Below, piece by piece: positions 21,900-31,503 of a DNA stretch of 64,000 nucleotides. A model generated the notes under the pieces. The model had not been told where the DNA came from. It saw only the letters and a list, made by a program, of their open reading frames with translations, and did not search any database. A program made the position numbers and the translations under genes. Origin of the DNA: Usitatibacteraceae bacterium (lineage in GTDB: Bacteria > Pseudomonadota > Gammaproteobacteria > Burkholderiales > Usitatibacteraceae). The stretch's first letter is position 1. Each line of letters begins with the position of its first letter. Location of the stretch: the NCBI GenBank assembly GCA_035432885.1, contig DAORTX010000001.1, forward strand, positions 13,043 through 77,042, given 5' to 3'.

Positions 21900-22774
21900 T
21901 GCGGATCCTCCTGACCGGCGCCGACGGGCAGGTGGGATTCGAGCTCGCGAGAACGCTGGCCCCGCTGGGTGAATTGCGCGCGATGGGGCACGCCGCGCTC
22001 GACCTCGAGAATCCCGATGCGCTGGTGGCGGCGTGCCGGTCGCAGAAGCCCCGACTCATCGTGAACGCCGCGGCCTACACGGCCGTCGACAAGGCGGAAT
22101 CCGAGCCTGACCGGGCGCACGCGGTCAACGGCCGGGCGCCCGCGATTCTGGCCGCGGAGGCGAGGCGCCTGGGCGCGGTCCTCGTCCACTATTCCACGGA
22201 CTACGTCTTCGACGGTCGAAAGCGTAGTCCCTACGACGAGAACGATCCTCCGGCCCCGCTTGGCGTCTACGGGCGATCGAAGCTCGAGGGCGAGCAGGCG
22301 ATCGCCGCGAGCGGCTGCCGGCATCTCGTGTTTCGCACGAGCTGGGTCTACGGCCCCCGCGGCCGCAATTTTCTCGCGGCGATGCTCGCGATGGCGCGCA
22401 CGCACGGGCAGGTCCGGGTCGTGGACGACCAGCGGGGAGCACCGACGACGAGTTTTTTTCTCGCGCAGGCCACCGCGCGGGCGCTGGTGTCGATCCCGCC
22501 GCCGGGCATCGCTTCCGGGATCTATCACCTCAGCGCGGCAGGCGAGACGAGCTGGGCGGGCTTCGCGCGAGCCATCTTCGAGCGCGCCGCGCGATGGCCC
22601 GGCTTCCGCGCCCCCGGGGTGGTGCCGATCGCCTCCTCCGAATACCCGACGGCGGCCCGGCGTCCGCGGAATTCGGTGCTCCGGAACGACAAGTTCACCG
22701 AGGCCTTCGGTTTCGCCCCCGATTCGTGGGAGTCGCAACTCGATGCCTGTCTGGCGCGGATGCGGCCCCCCTGA
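21899..22774 (+). CDS. rfbD: dTDP-4-dehydrorhamnose reductase
   Basis: ATG at 21899 overlaps the rfbC stop. The protein is 291 aa and begins MRILLTGADGQVG. Confidence 0.9.
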   Translation: MRILLTGADGQVGFELARTLAPLGELRAMGHAALDLENPDALVAACRSQKPRLIVNAAAYTAVDKAESEPDRAHAVNGRAPAILAAEARRLGAVLVHYSTDYVFDGRKRSPYDENDPPAPLGVYGRSKLEGEQAIAASGCRHLVFRTSWVYGPRGRNFLAAMLAMARTHGQVRVVDDQRGAPTTSFFLAQATARALVSIPPPGIASGIYHLSAAGETSWAGFARAIFERAARWPGFRAPGVVPIASSEYPTAARRPRNSVLRNDKFTEAFGFAPDSWESQLDACLARMRPP

Positions 22775-22857
22775 GGGCCGGCGATGCCGGGGAACCACGC
22801 CGGGGCTCTCCCGGTCACACGAGGCCCGAAGTGCCTGTGGGCTATAATTTTTCCCCC

Positions 22858-24570
22858 ATGTCCGCCCTTCCCGTCGAGAAACAGCCGCGCCGCCTTGGCG
22901 AGATCCTCATCGCCCGGGGAAAGCTCGATGCCGCCAACCTCGAGCGCGCGCTTCGCCTCCAGGAGGGCGAACCGCGCGACAAGCTGGGCGTGATCCTCAG
23001 CCGGATGGGACTCGTCTCGGCGCGCGACCTCGCCGACGCCCTGTCGGAAAGGCTGGGGATCGCCGTCGCAGGCGCGGCCGAGTATCCGGAGCTGCCGCTG
23101 CTCGACGAGCAGGTGTCCGACCGCTTCCTTCGCGACGCGAAGGCGCTTCCGCTTCGCGAGACCGACGAGGGCATCGTCGTGGCGATGGCCGACCCCGGCG
23201 ACGAGTTCACGGTTCGCGCGATCGAGATGGTCTGCGGCAAGCGCGTCCTGCCGCGGCTTGCCGTCGCCACGGAACTCGACGCGGGCCTCGAGCGCCTGTA
23301 CGGCGCCGGCAAGTCGTCGATGGGCCAGATCGTCGACGACATCTCGACCCGCGACGAGGAGCAGGACCTGGGCGACATCGAGCACCTGAAGGACCTCGCC
23401 TCGGAAGCGCCGGTGGTGCGTCTCGTGAACCTGCTCATCACGCACGCCATCGAGGCGAGGGCCTCCGACATCCACATCGAGCCCTTCGAGAGTCGCCTCA
23501 TCGTTCGCTACCGCATCGATGGCGTCCTGAACGAGGTGGAATCGCCGCCGAGGCGGCTTTCGGCCGCGGTGATCTCCCGCGTGAAGATCATGGCGAACCT
23601 GGACATCGCCGAGCGGCGGCTTCCGCAGGACGGGCGGATCAAGCTGCGCATCCAGGGCAAGGAAATCGACCTGCGCGTCTCGACGGTGCCGACCATGCAC
23701 GGCGAGAGCGTGGTGATGCGGATCCTCGACAAGGGAGGGGTGCCGCTCGACTTCGCCTCCCTCGGCTTCGACGGGAAGGTCCTGGAGACCTTCCTCGCGG
23801 CGCTCAACCAGCCGCACGGGATCCTGCTGGTCACCGGGCCCACCGGCAGCGGCAAGACCACGACGCTCTACACGGCGCTCGACCGCCTGAACCAGCCCGA
23901 CGTGAAGATCCTCACCGTCGAGGACCCGGTCGAGTACCAGATGCCCGGCATCAACCAGATCCAGGTCCGCCCGCAGATCAATCTCACCTTCGCGAACGCC
24001 CTTCGCTCGATCGTGCGGCAGGATCCGGACGTGATCATGATCGGCGAGATCCGCGACCTGGAGACGGCCGAGATCGCCGTCCAGTCCGCGCTCACCGGCC
24101 ACCTGGTCCTGTCGACGGTGCACACCAACGACGCGCCCGCCACGGTGAACAGGCTCCTCGACATGGGGGTGGAGGACTACCTCCTCACGTCGACCGTGAT
24201 CGGCATCCTCGCCCAGCGGCTCGTGCGCGCGCTCTGCGGGCATTGCCGCAAGCCCTACCGGGCCCTCCCGGAGATGGTCGAGCAGATGGGTCTCGCGCGC
24301 TTCGCGCCGCAGGGCGAGGTGACGCTCTACCATCCGGTGGGCTGCGAGCACTGCAGCGGCACGGGCTACCACGGCCGCCTCGGGATCATGGAAATGCTGC
24401 CCATGACCGACCGGCTGCGCTCACTCGTCATGCGCCACGCCAACTCGACGGACCTGCGGGCCGCCGCGGTCCTGGAGGACATGGAGTCGATGTTCGAGAA
24501 CGGGCTGCGCAAGGCCGTGGCGGGAGTGACGACGATCGAGGAAGTCCTGCGCGTCACGCGCGAGGACTGA
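22858..24570 (+). CDS. gspE: Type II secretion ATPase GspE/XpsE
   Basis: ATG at 22858 gives 570 aa. It has an N-terminal MshEN/T2SSE_N-type domain, Walker A GPTGSGKTT and the tetracysteine CGHC ... CEHC. Confidence 0.9.
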   Translation: MSALPVEKQPRRLGEILIARGKLDAANLERALRLQEGEPRDKLGVILSRMGLVSARDLADALSERLGIAVAGAAEYPELPLLDEQVSDRFLRDAKALPLRETDEGIVVAMADPGDEFTVRAIEMVCGKRVLPRLAVATELDAGLERLYGAGKSSMGQIVDDISTRDEEQDLGDIEHLKDLASEAPVVRLVNLLITHAIEARASDIHIEPFESRLIVRYRIDGVLNEVESPPRRLSAAVISRVKIMANLDIAERRLPQDGRIKLRIQGKEIDLRVSTVPTMHGESVVMRILDKGGVPLDFASLGFDGKVLETFLAALNQPHGILLVTGPTGSGKTTTLYTALDRLNQPDVKILTVEDPVEYQMPGINQIQVRPQINLTFANALRSIVRQDPDVIMIGEIRDLETAEIAVQSALTGHLVLSTVHTNDAPATVNRLLDMGVEDYLLTSTVIGILAQRLVRALCGHCRKPYRALPEMVEQMGLARFAPQGEVTLYHPVGCEHCSGTGYHGRLGIMEMLPMTDRLRSLVMRHANSTDLRAAAVLEDMESMFENGLRKAVAGVTTIEEVLRVTRED

Positions 24571-24572
24571 CG

Positions 24573-25802
24573 ATGCCCGTCTTCCAGTACAAGGCCGTGA
24601 CGCCCGCGGGCGAGGTGCTCGAGGGCGCGATGGACGCCACGAACCGCAAGGGCGTGATCGAGCGCCTGAGGGACATGGGCTACACGCCGCTGCGCGCGGT
24701 CGAGGCCGGCGGCGCCGAACTGGCGGCCGTGGCGCGCCGTGCGCCTGCGCAAGGGCTCTTTTCCCGGGGAATCGGCCAGGATGAGGTCGGCGTCGTCACG
24801 CGGGAGATCGCCACGCTTCTCAAGGCGGGACTGCCGCTCGATCGCAGCCTCGAGATCCTGGTCGGCCTGGCCGAGAACGCCCGCGTGGGAGAGGTCCTGC
24901 GCAAGGTGCGGAACGAGGTTCGCGGTGGCGCCGCGCTCTCGAAGGCGCTCGAGGCACAGGGCGGCGTGTTCTCCCGGTTCTACGTGAACATGGTCCGGGC
25001 CGGCGAGGCCGGCGGGGCGCTTGCCGACGTGCTCGCGAGGCTCGCGGAATTCATGGAGCGCTCGAAGGAGCTGCGCGAAAGCGTCAAGTCCGCGCTCATC
25101 TACCCGACGATTCTCCTGGTCGTCGCGCTCGCTTCCGTCATCGTCCTGCTCGCGGTGGTGGTGCCGCAGTTCGAACCCATCTTCGAGCAAAGCGGAAAGG
25201 CCCTTCCCTGGGTGACCGAGGCGGTGCTGGGCGCGGGCGCCTTCATGCGCGCCTACTGGTGGGCGATCGTGCTGGGCGCGGTCGCGGTGGTCTTTCTCGT
25301 TTCGCGAAGCCTGCGATCCCCGGAAACCAAGCTGCGATGGGATCGCAGGGTGCTCGGACTGCCGGTGGCGGGCGATCTCGCCGCCAAGGTGGAGACCGCG
25401 CGCCTCGCGCGCACGCTCGGCACCCTGCTTCGCAACGGGGTGTCCCTCGTGAACGCCCTGTCGATCGCGCGCGAGACGATGGACAACACCTGGATGGCCG
25501 CGGGGCTGGCCGAAGTGGCGCGCGAGCTGAAGACCGGCCGCGGGTTCGGCAAGCCGATGATGGAAACGCGCCGCTTTCCGGCCTTCGCCGTGCACATGAT
25601 CCAGGTAGGCGAGGAGACGGGCCGGCTCGACCAGATGCTGCTCGACGTGGCCGAGGTCTACGACAAGGAGGTCGCCCGGGCCGTGAAGCGGGCGCTCGCC
25701 CTTCTCGAGCCGGCGATGATCCTCTTCCTCACGTTCCTGGTCGGCGCCGTGATCCTGTCGATCCTCGCCGCGATGCTCTCGATCTACGACCTGCCCCTCT
25801 AG
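24573..25802 (+). CDS. gspF: Type II secretion inner-membrane platform protein GspF
   Basis: 409 aa beginning MPVFQYKA, with duplicated T2SSF-type halves and TM segments. Confidence 0.9.
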   Translation: MPVFQYKAVTPAGEVLEGAMDATNRKGVIERLRDMGYTPLRAVEAGGAELAAVARRAPAQGLFSRGIGQDEVGVVTREIATLLKAGLPLDRSLEILVGLAENARVGEVLRKVRNEVRGGAALSKALEAQGGVFSRFYVNMVRAGEAGGALADVLARLAEFMERSKELRESVKSALIYPTILLVVALASVIVLLAVVVPQFEPIFEQSGKALPWVTEAVLGAGAFMRAYWWAIVLGAVAVVFLVSRSLRSPETKLRWDRRVLGLPVAGDLAAKVETARLARTLGTLLRNGVSLVNALSIARETMDNTWMAAGLAEVARELKTGRGFGKPMMETRRFPAFAVHMIQVGEETGRLDQMLLDVAEVYDKEVARAVKRALALLEPAMILFLTFLVGAVILSILAAMLSIYDLPL

Positions 25803-25825
25803 GGCGCCAGAAAGCCGGAGTCCCC

Positions 25826-26260
25826 ATGAACAGACCCACGCCAACCTTTCCGCCGCGCGCTTCACGCGGCTTCACGCTGCTCGAGCTGGTGATGGTGCTC
25901 GTGATCATCGGCGTGATTCTCGCCATGGTCGGCCCTCGCGTCTTCTCCAATGTCGGGCGCGCGAACTCGGAAGTCGCCAAGGCGAAGATCGGGCTGATCG
26001 GCGGGCAGCTCGAACTCTACAAGCTGGACGTGGGCCGCTATCCCACCTCCCAGGAAGGCCTGGGCGCGCTGCTGTCGGCGCCGGCCGGCGCGGCCAACTG
26101 GAACGGACCGTACATCCGCGACCCGAAGGAGATCAAGGACCCCTGGACCCGCGACTTCATCTACCGCGCGCCGGCCGAAAAGGGCGGTTACGACATCATC
26201 TCCCTGGGCGCGGACGGCAAGGAAGGCGGAGAAGGCGACAACAAGGACGTGCACAACTGA
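25826..26260 (+). CDS. gspG: Major pseudopilin GspG
   Basis: 144 aa. The prepilin site G/FTLLELVMV is followed by the conserved GspG body (YKLDVGRYPTSQEGLGAL ... DPW ... GADG). Confidence 0.9.
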   Translation: MNRPTPTFPPRASRGFTLLELVMVLVIIGVILAMVGPRVFSNVGRANSEVAKAKIGLIGGQLELYKLDVGRYPTSQEGLGALLSAPAGAANWNGPYIRDPKEIKDPWTRDFIYRAPAEKGGYDIISLGADGKEGGEGDNKDVHN

Positions 26261-26715
26261 TGGCTCGCTCCCGCGCAGAGCGCGGCTTCACGCTCCTCGA
26301 GCTGCTGCTGGTGCTCGTGATCGCCGCGGCGAGCTACGCGATGGTGGTGCGCTTCAGCGCCGGTGGCGTGTCGGGCGCGGAGCTCAAGAGCGCCGCGCGG
26401 GCGGTGGCCGCGGGATTGCGGGACGCGCGCGGCACGGCCGTTGCGACCCAGGAGTCGGCATCGCTCACGCTCGACCTCGAGCATCGCTCGATGGAGGTGA
26501 GCGGCGGACGGCGCCCCCGCTCGCTGCCGAAGCGCCTCGACCTGAAGCTCTATACCGCCCAGGCGGAAATCGTCGACGACAAGCGCGGCGCCATCCGCTT
26601 CTACCCGGACGGCAGCTCCACCGGGGGGCGCGTGACGCTCGCCTCGGGCGAGCGAAAATTCCTGGTGGACGTGGACTGGCTCACGGGCCGCGTGACGATC
26701 AAGGAGGGGGGCTAG
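26260..26715 (+). CDS. gspH: Minor pseudopilin GspH-like
   Basis: 151 aa with the prepilin motif ERGFTLLELLLV. Assigned from position and size. Confidence 0.7.
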   Translation: MARSRAERGFTLLELLLVLVIAAASYAMVVRFSAGGVSGAELKSAARAVAAGLRDARGTAVATQESASLTLDLEHRSMEVSGGRRPRSLPKRLDLKLYTAQAEIVDDKRGAIRFYPDGSSTGGRVTLASGERKFLVDVDWLTGRVTIKEGG

Positions 26716-26732
26716 TCCCCGCCCCCGACACG

Positions 26733-27161
26733 ATGGCGTTCCTCCCGTCCCGGCCGGATCGCGAGGCGGGATTCACGATCCTCGAGGTGCTCACCGCGTT
26801 CGTGCTGTTCGCGCTCGCCCTGGCCGTGATCCTGAAGGTCTTTTCGGGCGGTCTTCGCGATGCCCAGCTTGCCGACGAATACGCGCGAGCCGCGATGATG
26901 GCCCAGTCCCGCCTCTCGGGGTTCACCGCCGCGGAGCGGCTGGACGAGGGCGTGGGCACGGGACGCGAAGACCCATTCACGTGGACCCTGTCGGCGACCG
27001 CCTACGACGAGCGCCAGGAGGACCCCCAGGCGCAGGGCCAGGGCGAGTACAGCCTGCGCGTGCGCCTGCTTCGGGTGGAATCGAAGGTTTCCTGGAGGGC
27101 GGCCGATGGGCGGGACCGCGATGTCCGGTTGGCCACGCTCGTGCTCGGGACGAAGCCTTGA
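26733..27161 (+). CDS. gspI: Minor pseudopilin GspI-like
   Basis: 142 aa with the prepilin motif EAGFTILEVL. Assigned from position and size. Confidence 0.65.
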   Translation: MAFLPSRPDREAGFTILEVLTAFVLFALALAVILKVFSGGLRDAQLADEYARAAMMAQSRLSGFTAAERLDEGVGTGREDPFTWTLSATAYDERQEDPQAQGQGEYSLRVRLLRVESKVSWRAADGRDRDVRLATLVLGTKP

Positions 27162-27829
27162 ATTCCCGCGGCGCCACGGAAGGCTTCACGCTCCTGGAGA
27201 CGGTGATCGCGCTCACGCTCCTGGCGGTGATGCTCGCCATGCTCTTCGGCGGCCTTCGGGCGGGGGTGCGGGCCTGGGACGCGGGTTCGGGCCGCGGCGA
27301 CCGCGCCGACCAGGTGATGCTCACGGCGGCCTTCGTGAGGAAGGAGCTCACCGCGGCGTTCCCGTGGCGCTTCAAGGACCCGCTCCAGGTGAAGCTCGCA
27401 TTCCGGGGCGAGCGCGAATCGGTGCGGTTCGTCTCCATGCGACCCGCCGAGCTGGGCGGCGGCGGACTTGCCTTCGTGTCCTTCGTCTACGAGCCGGGGC
27501 AGGGCGCCGCCGGGGGAAGGCTCGTCATGCGGCGGGAATTCGCGGCGTCGGGGGCGACCGACTTCTCGGCCGTCGACGCGGCCAAGCCGTTTCCTGTCCT
27601 GGAGGGCGTGAGCGCCGCCCGCTTCTCCTATTTCGGTGCCGAGAACGATGCCGTGGCGCCCGCCTGGAGCGACCGGTGGGAATTCGACCAGCGCACGCCT
27701 TCGCACGTGAAGATCGAGCTTTCGCTCGCCGATACCCGGTTGCCCGACCTGGTCGTCGCGCTTCGCCTGGGCGAGGAGGCCGGCTGCTACGAGTCGTCCT
27801 TCCAGAGAACCTGCGTGCCGAGGCGATGA
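27158..27829 (+). CDS. gspJ: Minor pseudopilin GspJ-like
   Basis: An in-frame TTG at 27158 overlaps the gspI stop and gives the leader LNSRGATE/GFTLLETVIAL. No in-frame ATG precedes the prepilin motif apart from the distant ORF start at 26981, which lies inside gspI. The protein is 223 aa. Confidence 0.6.
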   Translation: MNSRGATEGFTLLETVIALTLLAVMLAMLFGGLRAGVRAWDAGSGRGDRADQVMLTAAFVRKELTAAFPWRFKDPLQVKLAFRGERESVRFVSMRPAELGGGGLAFVSFVYEPGQGAAGGRLVMRREFAASGATDFSAVDAAKPFPVLEGVSAARFSYFGAENDAVAPAWSDRWEFDQRTPSHVKIELSLADTRLPDLVVALRLGEEAGCYESSFQRTCVPRR

Positions 27830-28767
27830 GGACGAGCGCAGGCCGCGAGCGCGGCATCGCCCTGGTCCTCGTGATCTGGGTGGTGACGCTCCTGCTCGTG
27901 ATCGCCGGCAGCTTTCTCTACGCGATGCGAACCGATGCGCGCGCGGCACGCAATGCGGCCCTGATCGCCCGGGGCGACGCGATCGCGCAGGCGGCGGTGG
28001 CCCGTGCGCTGCTTGAACTTTTCAAGCCCCAGGGCGGTCCCTTGGTGTGGAAGCGCGACGGTGCCCCACGCGAATGGTCGTTCGACGGCGCCGCGGTGGC
28101 GGTCAGTTTCGCGGACGAGTCTGCTAAAATCGACATCAATACAGCGAACAACGAACTGCTCAAGGGCCTGTTCCGCTTCGCCGGAATGGGAGAGGACGAG
28201 GCCGCGAAGCTGCTCGATGCCGTCCTCGACTGGCGGGACCAGGATTCCCTCAAGAGGCCCAATGGCGCCGAGGAGCCCGATTACGCGCAGGCCGGTCTCA
28301 TGGGCCGCCCCGCGAACCACCCTTTCCTGTCCACGGAGGAACTGCAGCTCGTCCTCGGCATGCGCCCCGAGGTATTCCAGCGCATCGCACCCATGATCAC
28401 CGTGTACTCGCGCCAGGCCGGCGTGAATCCCCATCTCGCGCAGCGCTCCGTGCTGCTCGCCGTTCCCGCCGTCACGCCGGAGCAGGTGGACGCCTTCCTC
28501 GCGGAGCGCGAATCCGCCCGCCTCGAACAGCGGGTGCCGCCCATCTTTTCCGCCGCCGGGTCCTACGCGAGTTACGCGCAGGTCGCCGCCGTCACCGTTC
28601 GCGCGGACGTCTCGCTCGACGAGGGCATCCACGTGTCGAGGGAGGCCGTCGCCATGCTGACCCCCCAGTATCCACGCCGTCCCCAGGCGTTTCTCGCCTG
28701 GCGCGAGGTGTCCCGTGACCGGGACGCGAAGACGGCTGCCGGGCCGGAGCAACCCGTTGGCCGCTGA
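27826..28767 (+). CDS. gspK: Minor pseudopilin GspK
   Basis: ATG at 27826 gives 313 aa. The N-terminus is RERGIALVLVIWVV, which lacks Glu+5 as is usual for GspK. An HhH-like region (TEELQLVLGMRPEVFQRI) is present. Confidence 0.8.
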   Translation: MRTSAGRERGIALVLVIWVVTLLLVIAGSFLYAMRTDARAARNAALIARGDAIAQAAVARALLELFKPQGGPLVWKRDGAPREWSFDGAAVAVSFADESAKIDINTANNELLKGLFRFAGMGEDEAAKLLDAVLDWRDQDSLKRPNGAEEPDYAQAGLMGRPANHPFLSTEELQLVLGMRPEVFQRIAPMITVYSRQAGVNPHLAQRSVLLAVPAVTPEQVDAFLAERESARLEQRVPPIFSAAGSYASYAQVAAVTVRADVSLDEGIHVSREAVAMLTPQYPRRPQAFLAWREVSRDRDAKTAAGPEQPVGR

Positions 28768-30148
28768 GTCCGACTCGGTGTTCGCGCCCGTCTTCGCCGC
28801 CGCGGAGCGCGCGGGGCTCGCCGATTTCCTGCGCTGGTGGCGCGGGGAGCTGGCCGCCCTCCTGCCGGAGGGATGGCGCGAAAGGCTGGCATCGCGCAAT
28901 GTGGCCTTTCTCGGCGTGGAAGGCGACGAATGGCGCGTCTTTCGCCCCGCGGCCGGCCGCCTCGCCCAGGCGGGTCGGCTGAACCTCGCCTCGCTCGATT
29001 CGGAAGGGCGTCGCGGCGCCTTTCGCCGGCTGCTGACCGGGGAGCCGGGCGCGGCCGGCAACGTGTGGTTCGTCCTGCCGCCCGAAGCGGTCCTGGTGAG
29101 GGATGTCGCCATGCCGCTCGCGGCGGAAGAGGCGCTTCGGGACGCGGTCGGGTTCGAACTCGATCGGTTCACGCCGCTGCCCGTCGAGCACGCCTGGTTC
29201 GACTATCGCGTCACCGACCGCGACACGCACGCCCAGCGGCTCGGCCTCAGGCTCGCGGTCGCGGAGCGCGCCCCTGTCGAAGCGCGGCTCGCGGAGTTGC
29301 GTGAGTTCGGCGCGGCCGTGGTTGGCGTGGGCGTGATGAGCGACATCGCCGCCGGGCCCACTCCCCTGAACCTCCTGCCGCCGGACAAGCGCGACCGCCC
29401 GGCCAGGTCGCGGTCGGCCATCACGGCGCGCGTTCTGGCGGTGGTCGCGGCGGCCCTCGCCCTTGCTGCGCTGATCTATCCGCTCTGGCTCAAGCGCGAG
29501 GCGGTGATCGCCCTTCACCCGCGCCTGGACGCGGCGAAGGCCGGGGCCGAGGTGGCCGAGCGCGTGGCGCAGGAAATCGAGAAGATCGCCTCCGCCCACA
29601 ATTTCGTCATGGCCCGCAAGCAGGGCCAGCAACCGGCCGTAGCGCTCCTCGAGGACCTTTCGCGTCTGCTGCCCGACACCACGTGGGTGCAGCAGCTCGA
29701 CGTGAAGACGAACCAGAAGTCGCGCGAAATCCAGATCGCCGGCGAGACCGGATCCTCCTCGCAGCTGATCGAGGTGCTGGAGCAGTCGGGTTCCCTCGCC
29801 AATGCGGGTTTCAAGTCCCCCCTCACCAAGGGCGTCACGCCCAATACGGAGCGCTTCCTCCTGTCGGCGGAGATCAAGCCTCGCGCGCTCCCGGATCCGA
29901 TACCCGAGACCGACCTGACGAAACCGGGGACCGCAGCGACCCCGGCGCCATCGATTTCCACCCCGGGTTCCCTGCCGGCCGCGCCCCCGCCGTCCTCCCT
30001 TCCGGCGCAGCCGGCCCCCTCGGCCGCGCAGCCGGCCCCTGGCGCAGGCCCCGGCGCGGGAACCGCGCCGCCGGCAACGGGCGGGGCACCCTCCGCGAAG
30101 CCCGCCGCAGGCCCGGCGCCAGCCGTGGTGCCGGCGAAGAAAGGCTAG
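28715..30148 (+). CDS. gspL: GspL-like assembly-platform protein with PilN-like periplasmic domain and Pro/Ala-rich tail
   Basis: GTG at 28715 with GAGG upstream. Alternative starts are TTG 28757 and GTG 28778. The protein has a single mid-protein TM (VLAVVAAALALAALIY). The family is assigned mainly from position between gspK and gspM. Confidence 0.6.
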   Translation: MTGTRRRLPGRSNPLAAESDSVFAPVFAAAERAGLADFLRWWRGELAALLPEGWRERLASRNVAFLGVEGDEWRVFRPAAGRLAQAGRLNLASLDSEGRRGAFRRLLTGEPGAAGNVWFVLPPEAVLVRDVAMPLAAEEALRDAVGFELDRFTPLPVEHAWFDYRVTDRDTHAQRLGLRLAVAERAPVEARLAELREFGAAVVGVGVMSDIAAGPTPLNLLPPDKRDRPARSRSAITARVLAVVAAALALAALIYPLWLKREAVIALHPRLDAAKAGAEVAERVAQEIEKIASAHNFVMARKQGQQPAVALLEDLSRLLPDTTWVQQLDVKTNQKSREIQIAGETGSSSQLIEVLEQSGSLANAGFKSPLTKGVTPNTERFLLSAEIKPRALPDPIPETDLTKPGTAATPAPSISTPGSLPAAPPPSSLPAQPAPSAAQPAPGAGPGAGTAPPATGGAPSAKPAAGPAPAVVPAKKG

Positions 30149-30150
30149 CC

Positions 30151-30729
30151 ATGCGGGCCGTCATGGGGTGGGCACCGGACAAGCGCCGCAAGGCCGCGCT
30201 CGCATTCCTCGCCGCAGCCGCGGCGCTGGTCGCGGTGATCGTGGCATTGCCGCTCTGGCTCGCGCACCGCCACTACAACGAGGCGCTGGACGACATGGAT
30301 CGGCGCCTCACGCGCTACGAGAGGCTGGCGGCGGCGCGGCCGACGCTCGAGAGCAAGCTCGAGGCCGTGCGAGCCATGGACAGCCGGAAATACTTCCTGA
30401 AGGCATCCGCCGCTTCGCTCTCCTCGGCGGAAATGCAGGAGCGCGTGCGCCAGTTCGTCGAGGCGGCCGGCGGCCGGATCGTGAGCGTGCAATTGGGGCA
30501 GCCCAAGGACGACGGGCGCTTCCGGCAGGTGTCGGTCACCCTTCAGCTCAACGCCAATACGCAGGCCCTGCGCAAGATACTGCTGGCACTCGAGTCCTCC
30601 GAGCCCTATGTCTTCGTCGATTCGCTCATCGTTCGCGCGCAGGTTCCGCCGGGATACAAGCCGCCACCGGGTTTCGAGCCCGAGATGTTCATCCAGCTCG
30701 ATATTTCCGCGTACGCGATTGCGGGGTGA
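30151..30729 (+). CDS. gspM: GspM-like protein
   Basis: 192 aa with one N-terminal TM (ALAFLAAAAALVAVIVALPLWL). Assigned from position after gspL. Confidence 0.6.
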   Translation: MRAVMGWAPDKRRKAALAFLAAAAALVAVIVALPLWLAHRHYNEALDDMDRRLTRYERLAAARPTLESKLEAVRAMDSRKYFLKASAASLSSAEMQERVRQFVEAAGGRIVSVQLGQPKDDGRFRQVSVTLQLNANTQALRKILLALESSEPYVFVDSLIVRAQVPPGYKPPPGFEPEMFIQLDISAYAIAG

Positions 30730-30734
30730 ACAAG

Positions 30735-31493
30735 ATGCTCGTGAAGAATTCCGACCATTTCTGGCCGCTCGTGTGGGCGGTGACCTCGATCGTCCTGGGT
30801 GGCGTGCTGGTTCTCGAGAGCGAGTTCGGCCGCTCCAGTGCCGGCACGGGGCCGCGGGGCCCCGCCAGGGTCGCCGAAGCGAAGCTCCTGCCGGCCTTCC
30901 GGCTGGCGCCGGAATCCCAGGCGGGCGCGCAGACGCTCGAGCGCCCGCTGTTCGTTCCCGGCCGGCGGCCCGCGCCGGCGGCCTCGAGCGCGGGATCCGG
31001 CGCGATCCGGAAAGGCCAGCTCATCCTCCAGGGCACGACGCTCGTCGGAACACTGTCGATCGCGATGCTGAAGGAGGTCTCCACGGGCGTGGTGCACCGG
31101 GTCGAGAAGGGCGGGGAGATCCTCGGGATGACGCTTGCCGAAATCGCGGCGGAGCAGGTTGTCCTGAAGGCTGGCGGTGATTCGGAGACGTTGGCTCTCG
31201 TGGTGGCCAAGGGTTCCGGAAACGCGGCGGCTGCCGTCGAGCGGGGTCCGTTCGGCTCGTCAGTCGCCCCCACGCCGCCAGGCACCCAGGCGGGCCGCCC
31301 CGCCGCGGCCCCCGGCGCGCCTTCGCCGATCGCCGTCGGCGATTCGACCGGGCCTGTCCCGACGGCAAGGGCGATCCCGTCGGGCGCCATGTCGGTCTCG
31401 CCGCCAGCCGCCACCCCGGGCTCGGCCGCCATGACGCCCGAGGAAATCATCGCGCGGCGTCGCGCCGCGCGCCGCCCGCAACCGCAGAATTGA
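30735..31493 (+). CDS. XpsN/GspC-like T2SS protein (no PDZ recognisable)
   Basis: 252 aa with an N-terminal TM (FWPLVWAVTSIVLGGVLVL) and a Pro/Ala-rich C-terminal half. It sits immediately before the secretin gene, as in xps-type clusters. Confidence 0.5.
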   Translation: MLVKNSDHFWPLVWAVTSIVLGGVLVLESEFGRSSAGTGPRGPARVAEAKLLPAFRLAPESQAGAQTLERPLFVPGRRPAPAASSAGSGAIRKGQLILQGTTLVGTLSIAMLKEVSTGVVHRVEKGGEILGMTLAEIAAEQVVLKAGGDSETLALVVAKGSGNAAAAVERGPFGSSVAPTPPGTQAGRPAAAPGAPSPIAVGDSTGPVPTARAIPSGAMSVSPPAATPGSAAMTPEEIIARRRAARRPQPQN

Positions 31494-31503
31494 GTGTGCC
31501 AGA

